A stretch of DNA of 64,000 bases from contig QPMI01000432.1 in the NCBI GenBank assembly GCA_004431415.1, forward strand, positions 372,001 through 436,000, written 5' to 3'. This stretch comes from Cyanophora paradoxa CCMP329. Lineage: Eukaryota > Plantae > Glaucophyta. The notes below the pieces were generated by a model, which did no database searches, had not been told where the DNA came from, and saw only the letters and a program-made list of their open reading frames with translations. This document shows positions 14,374-24,041 of the stretch, piece by piece (positions within the stretch are counted from its first letter, which is position 1; every line of letters begins with the position of its first letter). The position numbers and the translations under genes were made by a program.

Positions 14374-14635
14374 CTCTAGCTAAGGCTAAGAACGCTACGT
14401 GGCATGCGGCGCCGCCTCCTGCAGCGAACTCTTGCCTGCTTCTTGTCTGCTTCGCGTGCTCGCTTCCCGCTGGCTCAATGATGTTTGTGGCACTCTTTTC
14501 TGATCACCGGTGTGCCGCTGACTTCCAGCCTGTGCTTCCTTTGCGTTTGCTATCTTTCGCTTCGGAGACGAGTGTACCCGGCAGGAAACGGCCGCACCGG
14601 GTTTTTCCGGCTAGCTAGAGCTGGGATCGCGTGCA

Positions 14636-16496
14636 ATGCACAGCCCGAAGCGTAGCGCCGCATTTGGCGGGGCGCCCCGGTTCCCGGGCCCCCGCGAGAA
14701 GGACCCGCGGGATTACTACATGCCGAGAAGGTGGACGGATGCGCTCTAGATCTGTATGCAGGGCGGACAACTGAATCTCTCGCAGCGAGTTTGGCAAGGC
14801 GCACTACGGGGGGCGTGTGTCTTCGAGCTTCGGGGGGCACACTCGCGGCGCATGGGCGCACGGCGTGGATGGCCCGGCGCCGGGAGCGTACGGTGCCCAG
14901 TTGCTCGCTCTATACTTCCTTCCTCTTCTCTTCAGTGCGACGATCCTGTCTCTGCAGACCTGAAGAGCACGATGGAGCGCTACATGGCGCGGCCGCAGTC
15001 TGCGAAGCCGTGAGAGTCCAGCGGGGCGCAAAGGCCTCAACCAGGACTGATTTGATCTCTTGCACGCAGGACGGCGGCCTTCGGCAGCGCGCCGCGGGGC
15101 GGGGCGCACGGGGACTACTTGCCCGGCCCGGGTTCGGAATGGCCTCTCTCCAACGATCGGCGCCGGAGCGTGCTTAGCCCGCGTGCAGGTGCCTACGACG
15201 GCCAGCAGAGCACGTTCCACAAGGCGGCGATCCGCTCGAAGCGCCCCACGATGGCGGGCAGGACGCCCCCTGCGTGCGCGGACGCTCACTTCTCCGCTTC
15301 TTCTTTGTTGGTACGGGGCGGGAGGATCTGATGTGGGCGCAGGTACGGCGGGGCTGCCGACGGCGTCCCTGCGCCCGGATCCTACGGTGGGTACCTAGTG
15401 TCGCCCGTCGACATCCCTCCCCACCTGACCCGCGCCCGGCAGAGATTCCATCGACGATGCAGAAATACATGGCGCGGCCGCAATCGGCGCGACCCTCGGC
15501 CGCCTTCGGGTTAGTCCCCCCGTGCCGGGCCGCTCATCTACTCGCCATTGTCCTCAGCGGCAGCGCTAACGCTCCCTGTGCGTTCAGGACTGCGCGCGGC
15601 CGGAACGCGGCCGGTGACGACGGCTTGCCAGGGCCCGGTGAATACTCTGCTGTCCCCCAGAGACGATCTAGGCCCTGAATCGCGGGCCGCGCAGGGTACT
15701 ACAACTCGGACCCTTACTCCCTCTCGTACCGGGCGGCAAGCGCGCGGACGCGGCGCTCGACGATGCCCGGCCGCGCCCCACCCATCTACGCCTCAGACGA
15801 TGCCCCAGGTCCTGGGTACACCCCCCCCTCCACTACGGATCCAGCCCGGGGCAGCGCTTTCTTATCCCTGGGCAGACACTACGATCACTACACGAGCTTC
15901 GCGACGCCGACGCGCCAGCGGCCCTCCGCCGCCTTCGGGTGCGCCTTCTCTCCCTCCCAGCACAGCCCCGGATATCGATGGCTGACACTGGCTCGTCCCG
16001 CCCCGCAGGACCGCGCGGGGGCGGGCCGCCGGGTACGACGACGACATTCCTGGGCCGGGCCACTACTACGCGGACGGGTACTCCCTCTCCCACCGCGCCG
16101 CCTCGGCCCGCGCGCGGCACGCCCCCTTCCCGGGCCGCTCCCCGCCCATCTACGCCTCCGACGACGCGCCCGGGCCCGGGTGCGCCGGCTCGGCTCCGCC
16201 TCGCGTCCTTTTCGTGCAGCCGAGCATGCATATGCGCAGGCAATACGATGCGCGCCCGGGCTTCATGCACGACTCGAGGGCGGGGGGCCTCTCCTTCGCG
16301 CGGGCGCAGCGCTACCAGGACCGCCCCGACGGTGCGTGCGGCGGCGCCCGCGGCGGGGAAGAAGGGCGCCATCGGCTGAGGGCCGATGACAGAGGAGCCG
16401 GGCCCCGGGTTCTACCACAAGGACCGGTGGCGCTTCCCCAACCGGCCCCGCTCCGCCTTCGCCCGGGCGCAGCGCTTCTACACGCCGCAGGACTAG
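14636..16496 (+). CDS. STPG/SHIPPO (ODF3-like) PGPGxY-repeat axonemal protein
   Basis: Six or more PGPG(x)Y repeats (DDGLPGPG, SDDAPGPGY, DDDIPGPGHY, EPGPGFY) alternating with RPSAAFG and SFARAQR motifs. Confidence 0.75.
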
Positions 16497-16618
16497 GCCG
16501 GGCCCCCGCTGAACTCGGAATGAGATGCAGCGGAAGTGCTCGGCGATTGCAGCAAAGCAAAGATGGTTGGGAGGGATGGGGTAGGTGGAATGGGTGCTAA
16601 AAGCCAAAACGCCGGCCC

Positions 16619-18366
16619 TTAGTCGTCGACGTCGCGCGCGCCGCGCTTGTAGGTGCCGCGGACGCGGGCCTGCAGGCGGCGCTTGCGGCCGAGCGCCCGC
16701 TCCTCGAGCTTGTCCTCGCCGTACTTCTTGAGGGCGAAGTCGTCGGGCGTCGACGTCGCTCTCGAGCCGCCGGGCGTGTCCTGCGCCCGCGCGATTCTCC
16801 TGTGGTCAGAGAAGGGCAAAAACCTAGGCCTAGGCCTAGGCCTAGGGGCCCAGGGGACAGCGCACGTCGGCATCCTCGAGCCAGTCGCTGTGGGCGAGGA
16901 TGCACCCCGCGCGCTTCGCCTCGGGGACGCCCGGCGCCCCCGGCGACGCGGCGACGAGGTGCGTGCAGTAGGGCGACCAGGCCTCGTTGTACGTCGCGCC
17001 GAGCTTCAGGCCCAGGGCCCGAAGCAGGGCCCGCTCCTCCCCGTCGAAGCCGGTCACGGAGAACCTGCACCCCAGCTGCCGGCGGCCGCGTCAGGGGCTT
17101 GGGGCGGGCGGACCGCGGCCACGGGGCGCACCAGCTCGCGGCGGATCCGAGGCTTCCCGGACGGCGCCGCGCCGCCGGCGGCGGTGGACGAGGCGGGGGC
17201 GGCCTTCGGCGCTGCCAGAGGGGGGGAGGGCTTGCGCTGGCCCGCCGCGGGGGCCTTGGCGCTGGTGGAGGGCACGGGGTCCTTCGCCGCGCCCGCGCCG
17301 GACTTGGGCGTGCCCCGCGCCGGCGCCGCCTTTGCGGCGGCGGCGGAGGCGGCGGCAGCGGCCGCCGCGGCGGCGGCAACGCGAGCCTCCACAGCGGCGG
17401 CCTCCGCCTCGCGGCGGGCGTCGGGGCGGTCCGCGGCGGCGGCCGCGAAGCTCGTGGTGGATGGCTTCCCGGCGGATCCGGAGGCGGGCCTCGTGGCGGG
17501 GGCTGGGCCCGGGGCGGCGGGGGCGTCGGGTTTCGCCGGCGCGGATTTCTTGGCGAGGGCGGCGAGGAACGCGGAAGGGAGAGAGGAGGACGGGGCCGCC
17601 GCGGGCTGCGAGGAGGAGGAGGATGGGCCGGAGAGGGACGGGATGCGGAAGAGGGGCGCCGGGGCTGCGGTCTTCGGCGCTTCGGCGGCCGGCTGCGGCT
17701 CGGGCGAGTACGGCGGCCCCCGCTCGACGCGCTTCTGCCAGGCCGCCATCTCCGCCGCCGTCTGGCCCAGCACGCGCACGTACGTGAGGCCGATCGGCTC
17801 CTTGATCGCCGAGAACGGCTGGTTGACCCGCACGTGGAGCCTGCCGTGGCATGAGGGCGACGCTTCTGAAGACATTACGGCATTGGGAAGGCACCGCTTG
17901 GTCGGCCTGCTAGCCACCGACCGCGTGAGGCGCCCACCTTCGAATGTCATCGATCGCGGGACCTGCTTTTCGCGCAGCTGCGCCATCGATGCAACTGCGA
18001 TGCGTTCGAGTCAGCGGGCGCCGAGCGCGCTGGGGAGCGCGGGGGCCGGGCTGAGTGTGCACGCGTGGACGACGGCAGCAGAACTTCAAGCTTCTCGACC
18101 CCAGCCTTGTCCGCGACGGCGGCCTGGATCTCTATCATTCCGCTCGCCTCGTTCCCCACTTCGACGCCTGTAATATACGCCGGCTCGTCCAGCTCCAGCT
18201 CGACCGACGCCTCGCCCGTCGCTGCTGCGGTTCTCCAAGGCCTATACAGCTCGGGGAGCGCCAGGTTGCTTGCCGGATACGATGATGCCTCCGAAGTCGC
18301 GCCGGCAACGCTGAACGAGAGCGCGTGCGGCGCCGGCGCCGCGGGCTCGGCTGATGCAGGCGACAT
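16619..18366 (-). CDS. XRCC1: XRCC1-like DNA repair scaffold (N-terminal domain plus one BRCT)
   Basis: NTD motifs YPASNL...YRPWRT...ITGVEVGNEASGMIEI...QPFSAIKEPIGLTYVRV; BRCT-I-like TGFDGEERALLRALGLKLGATYNEAWSPYCTHLVAA...DWLED. Confidence 0.85.
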
Positions 18367-18610
18367 CTCCTATACCACGGGGTCCTGCGGTGGGCGCTCG
18401 ATATAGCGGCAGAAGGAAACTTGTAGCGCGTGCCCGCCCAAATTCGAATTCGGGAACTGGGGTGACTCTTGCCGATGGGTGGTAGAGCTAGATGAAGTCG
18501 TGCAGATGCCGAGTATCGTCGCCGGAGCGTCGCTGGAGACCGAGCCCAGCAGCCCACTGCACGTCCTACCCCCCCGGCCCGGCCCTGTACCCCAGTTCGT
18601 CACGCGCAAA

Positions 18611-19037
18611 ATGTCGGCTGTCGCTTTCACCTTCACCGGCGTGTTCTCGGCCCCGGCCACCAAGGTCGCGGTGCCCCAGATTGTTGGTCTCCAGGTGCGA
18701 TCTCGCCGACGCCGCCCGAAAAATATCTTGCGGCTCACCGATCCTGCGCCCCCGCGCCGCCGCCGCCGGCCTCCCCGCAGACCAAGTGTGAGTTTCCCAA
18801 AACCATGCATGCCGACGCCATCTGACCTCCCGAGCAGACCAGGTCAAGCAGCGCCCGAAGAAGCACGGCTCCCAGCGCCGCCGCGTTGCTCCTCCCCAGA
18901 AGGACATCTACGAGGTGCGCGAATCTGCGCGACTGCCACTGCCAGCATCCGCCGGCCGGCGCGTCAGCCCTCGTGATTCCAGATTTGTGATCTTTGTGCC
19001 GCAGAACGCGCCCCCGGCGTACGTCCCGACCGACTAA
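18611..19037 (+). CDS. Small basic protein (66 aa), possible plastid-specific ribosomal protein PSRP6/cL38 homolog
   Basis: Exons 18611-18694, 18781-18787, 18838-18914 and 19005-19037 give MSAVAF...LQTKYQVKQRPKKHGSQRRRVAPPQKDIYENAPPAYVPTD*; RPKK core and Phe-motif presequence. Confidence 0.5.
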
Positions 19038-19370
19038 GCGCGCCGTTGGCCCACTCTGCATCTTTCCGCTCTCCGGTGTATGCAGTGCGCGATGCCGGCG
19101 AAGTCCGACGGTCCTCGGTGGACGTAGAGTGTTTCGCTGCAGTGTTCTTTCCCCTTCTATGCTCTTGTTTTCTTTAGAGAATACAGGTTCCTCAGTACTC
19201 TTCTGTGCGTGCACACGAGAGGGCGGATGCGCTCAGTTAGAAGCGCGCCAGCGTGCCGGGTTTGGCGGTGGCCCTGTTCCAGAGCGCACGGCCTTGCCAG
19301 CTGCACGTGCTAGATCTAGATTGGAGGCGCAAGGAGCCTATAGAGACTTTGAATCCAATTTCAGATCGCG

Positions 19371-21863
19371 TCAACTGTGCGCTACGACTCCAGAATCGGG
19401 ATCCGCGAGATCGCGAAGGCGGGCGCGCGGCTTCCTCAAGGCGTCGAGGGCCTCCTGCAGGATGGCCCTGCGCTCAAGTCAGTTCGAGCTCGCGTGGATC
19501 TGATGTTCACGTAAGCCACAAGGCGCACCGCTCGCCCTGGACGAGAACGGAGGCGAGGCGCCTGCGGCGGTCCTCGTTCGACTCGGGCTCGCCCCCCTCG
19601 GCCTGGGGCGCGGGGCGGGCCCACGGGTCCGAGTCCGTCCCCTGCGCATGCGCAAGCAAGGCACGAAAGTCAGCCGCCGAAGCGTACACAGACAGCAGAA
19701 GGGGGCGGGGCGGGGCCGGGCGGACGACGGCTTCGTCGTAGGTGCCGAGGCGCTCGGAGAGGACGCGGGCCACGCTCTCCTTCACCAGCTGCTCCTCCAT
19801 CGAGTCCGCCCCGGCCCCGCCCTGCACGCACGCCGGATGAGCCGGAAGCGAGGGCGGGCGAGGCGGGGCGGGGCGCGGGGCGCGTGCCCGGGCGCGGCGG
19901 GCGGCGGCGGCTATGCCCGAGGAGGACGAGGCGACGGCGATGCGCGCAAATTCCAGCATGCGCTGCCGGCCTTTCAGAGGGGAGACGCGGCCTCGAGGGC
20001 GGCGGGTCGGGGCGGGGCGGGGCGCACGGAGGGGAGCCTCCCGCCGGCGCGGAGCTCGAAGAGGCCGGACATGTCCTCCGCCGTGAAGCCCGCCTCCACC
20101 TGGTGGAGGAATAGTAAAGAGGAAATTAGCTCTGAAAAGGAGCTCGCTGGAGCTCGGGAAGGGGGCGGGCCATGGCGAGGCGCTTGTCGGGGAGGAGGGG
20201 GTCGACGTCGGCGACGCCGAGCTCGACGTCGACGCTGTCGTGCACGTTGCCCTTCACCACGAACCTGAGCCGCCTCGAGCTCAGGCAGAGTCTTAACTCT
20301 CCGCGCCCTTCACCACGAACCCGCCGTCCACCAGCAGCTGCGCGTTCGGGAACTCCCCGTAGCACGCCGTCACCTGCCGTAGCTAAGCTCAGATCGAAAG
20401 CTGGAGACCGGGAGCCCAAGAGCACGCACGGGCTCCCCCTTGGCGATGTCCCGCGTCGCGAGGACCGCGAACCCGCCGTCGCTCAGCGTGCAGAACTCCG
20501 CATTGGCGCCTGGCCCCGGCCCCGATCGCGAGTGAGCGCTAGCGAGCGCCGGATTCTTGGGCCGGGAAGCCGCGCTCGCGTCGTACCGAACGCGGTGCAC
20601 TCTGAGGGGCGTTGCGATGCGGACGTCAGGCCAAGGGCCAGCGCAGCGCGGATGGGGCGTCGAAACCGGAGCGCACACGCGCACGCACCGTGGCTCAGCA
20701 TGTCGGCGCCAGGGGCCATGACCACGCGGTAGGGGCGGCTGGGCGACGCGGCGAAGCAGCGGCTGTCGACGAGGAGCATGGCGTGCTCGAAGGCCCGCCG
20801 CGCCTTGCGGTCCTTCGCGATGAACCACTCGGGGGCCTCCTCGCAGAGCCGCCGGTAGACCTGATGCCCCAGCCCAGCCCAGCCGCGTGAGCCGCCGTCT
20901 CGGAATCCAAGAGATCGAATTCAGAGGTGCGCGCCTCCTCGTACAGCTGCTTCGCGTGGAGGGACCATGTGAGGGCCCGCGAGCCCTGCGCAGGCGTCGG
21001 CCCCGTCTCGCGCGCCGCGCGCCCATCTATGCGCATCGCTGGCCCGGCCGCCGCACTTTCATGCGCAGCAGCTCTTCGTTGCTCCAGTATATGGTCGCGT
21101 TGTCGAACTCGTGCGGGGGCGGCAGGAAGTCGATCCAGGGGCCGTAGCCGCCCGTGTCGTTCCTTGCCCGCGCGAGGTACAGGTATACAGCCAGCGCCAC
21201 GTGCTCAGCTACCTGCTTATCGCTTCAGCGCGCGCGAGAGAGCGACGGCGAGGGGTGGGCGGTGCGTGCCGTGTCGTAGAGGGGCGCGTTCAGGTCTCGC
21301 ATGATCCCGGCGACGGAGACGATCCTCTGATCCTCCAGCGCGATTGATTCGACGTGCAGCTGCTTTTCCGCGCTCGTGAAGAGCACCGGCTCTGCACGCC
21401 GGAGGCCCGTAAGCGAGGACGAGAGCGTACGCGAAGAGCGCTAAGTGGCATCTAGAGCCTAGACGCACCTCCCTCTTTGATCTGGCGCTTAGATAGGCAT
21501 CCCCGAGTCCCATCAAGGTACGCGATCCTGCCGCGCATCGAGATTAGAGACGGCCACGAGCTCGCCAGGCCCGAGGCAGGACGCGTACGCGAGCGATTTG
21601 TCGAACGGGATCGGGCTGCCCTCGCTCACCCAGCGCTCGAATGCGGCGCACTTCTCGTCGAAGTACCGCGTCCCAGCGTCGAAGAGCGAGCCGACGATGC
21701 GGGCTGGGTGGTCGAGCACAGTGCAGAAGGCGTTCGCGCGCCTCGAGCGTGGTCTGAGCGCTCGCATGGGGTTTGGGCACATCCTGGAAGCGCTTCGTAG
21801 CTCCCCGGGCTTCGCGCCGGGCGAGCTACGGAGGGCCGGCAAAGCGTGCAGCTGGAACTGCAT
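19371..21863 (-). CDS. SET-domain lysine methyltransferase (Rubisco LSMT/SETD3-like), probably plastid-targeted; start uncertain
   Basis: PWIDFLP, LLVDSRCF, MAPGADMLSH, ATRDIAKGE, LSYG, GFVVKGNVHDSV, and C-terminal RRRLASVLVQGERAILQEAL resembling the LSMT substrate-binding domain. Confidence 0.8.
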
Positions 21864-22151
21864 CGATCGCTCCCCGCAATGCTGCAGATGCGCTGAACTA
21901 GGCTCAAGACGCTCGGATCGCAGCTGGGGGTCAATGCGGTGAGGCTTTCGAGAGGGGTACGCACACACGAAGTTCCGCGTGACCCGCTCCGACACAGGTG
22001 AGATCCAGCGTCCCAGGGCCTGCGGAAGTGGGTCTGATCGTTGTTTGCTCAGAGTTGGAGCACCTTCAGCCGTTGCGAGTCTAGCGCCCAAGCAATCGTA
22101 CGAAACCCGCCGCCCGCTCTCCATGGGCACGCCCTCTGAATGCTAGTCCAG

Positions 22152-23063
22152 ATGGCGATCGGCACTGTGGAGAAGTTCGTCAAGAAGTCCTCGGCGAACT
22201 TCGCGAGGTGCCGCTTTCTCGAGATTCCATACTAGCACATGCACTGAACTTACCCGCGCCCGCGCCCTTCGCACCGACACCACCCGTCGCAGTGAGATCT
22301 CCGTCTTCAGCATCTGTAGGAAGCACCAGTGGTATTTTTGACATTGGTGCGCAAGGGCGCCTTTTCTGCACAGAGATACGTGGCAGTCCGACTGATGGAC
22401 CCCCCTCGCAACAGGCTCGAAGTTGGGGGAGCGTGGATTCACAAAGAATCTCGTGCGCGGCCGCCGCCGCCCTCCGCCCGCAACCGGCACGTGTATCATA
22501 TGTCTCATGTGCTGCGCAGCCCAACTTCGGACCGTCGGTCACCGTGACTGCTCAGTCTGGCGCTGACTACTCGTTCTATCGTCGTCTCTTCAACACTGGA
22601 GTGGACGAGGAGAAGGATGAGATCTCTGTTCTTGACTGGAACACCGCCAACGAGCAGCAGGAGGTACGCTCGAGGCGCTCCCCGGGTCCACAGCCGCGCT
22701 GATCTCTCGCTAGACCGTCGCGCACTGGAACGCGTTCATGACGCACAAGGATCTGAACTTCTTCATTGAGGCTCCGTCTATGCTCACTCCGCCTTCCAAG
22801 GAGTCTTTGGTGACGCTCCTCGAGCTCGCCGAGGATCTTGGCTGCCGGAACGCCTTCATCTGTGTGGAGAAATCCAACCCGAAGCTCAGTGCGTGGCGTC
22901 GGGCCACGCGATCTCTTTATTTCGCCTTCTTACTCGTTTCGCAGGCGAGCTCCTCAGGGTGTTCATGTACCTTGGCTTCCATCTCTGCGACCCTTCTGTC
23001 ATGCAGAAGGTCGTGAAGAAGGAGGTGAAGGACTACATCCTCCTGGGGTACGACCTTGAGTAA
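22152..23063 (+). CDS. OAZ: Ornithine decarboxylase antizyme, translated through a +1 programmed ribosomal frameshift (about 194 aa)
   Basis: Exons 22152-22207, 22293-22346, 22415-22452, 22520-22663, 22714-22888, 22945-23063. ORF1 (34 codons) ends TGG TAT TTT TGA. The +1 ORF2 ends in the antizyme domain SKESLVTLLELAEDLGCRNAFICVEKSNPKLSELLRVFMYLGF...YILLGYDLE*. Confidence 0.93.
22330..22342 (+). promoter_or_regulatory. +1 ribosomal frameshift site UGG-UAU-UUU-UGA-C
   Basis: Terminates ORF1; skipping T22339 enters the frame that encodes the antizyme domain; parallels the canonical UGG-UGC-UCC-UGA site, and UUU-UGA is a known antizyme variant. Confidence 0.88.
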
Positions 23064-24041
23064 GGACCAGGTGATGGCGGTTGTGGGCGTGGGCGCGCCG
23101 GTGCGTTTGCCCTTATGAAGTGCTGGTTGCTAGGTGTAACGTGTTCTTTGCAGGTTGCCGCCTTCAGCTCGTCGTGCCGCGCGAAAGCTGCCGCTGACGA
23201 GATTGAGGACGGCGCTGGTAGCTGCCGCTTTGCAAGTCAAGTGCCGTTGGAGTGGGAGGCCTGGACGGGCGATTGTTTGGACTGAGCTTGACGAGGGGGT
23301 GCTTGAGGGGTGGGCAGAAGTAGCCCTTTTCTTCGGAATTGGCGTGAATGCCCCAATACCCTGATGCTTTTGTGTGAACCCCAGTAGCGACTCAGTCTTC
23401 TCATCGTTTGTTCGCCTTTTCATTTCGACGTAGGCCCTTGTACGCGCATTGAATGCGTCTGCTTCCCTTGTACTTTCATTTCTATCCGCCTGATCAAGCA
23501 GGCAATGTAACAGTAGCTCAAAGCACAACTTCGGCGCACGCATTGATCATAAGGGCATCATGTGCGGGTGCATGCACAATGCATGCGCGGCCCTGAAACC
23601 TGAATCCAAACCCAAGCGACACCCTCGCGTGGCTCCCGTGCACTCAAGCTCAAGTAACTTGCTGATCATGAAACTCGAAGAAAAAAACCTTTAACGCGGA
23701 TGGGCGTGGCCGGGCGAAGGGCGCGTCCGGGAGGTCCCGTGAGAAGAGGGGACCCCGGGCGCGGGGAGGGCAGAGGTCGGCATCCTTTGGAAGGGCGTCC
23801 GGATCCGACGAGAAAGCGAACGAAGGGCCACGGCGGGAGGCGGAGGTAAGACTAAGCTACTGGATGATGATGACGATGACGCGGCGGGGCCGGGGCCGGG
23901 GCCGGGGCCGGGGCCGGACTACGAAGGGCGGCGAGTGTGTGACGAGACGTCGCGAGAGGTGCGCAAGGATGACGAGAAGCGGAGGGTCGAGAGGCGGCGG
24001 CAGGGGCCGGGGAGCGGCGGGCGCCGCGCCGGGTGGACTGC

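Noticed and set aside
22339-22566. Selenocysteine or stop-codon readthrough at the antizyme ORF1 UGA
   Set aside because: The 0 frame beyond UGA stops again shortly and has no recognisable product, whereas the +1 frame encodes the antizyme domain; no convincing SECIS seen
22208-22702. Track ORF 22208-22702 as a stand-alone protein
   Set aside because: It starts at an intron donor (GTG) and reads through three introns; only parts are real antizyme exons
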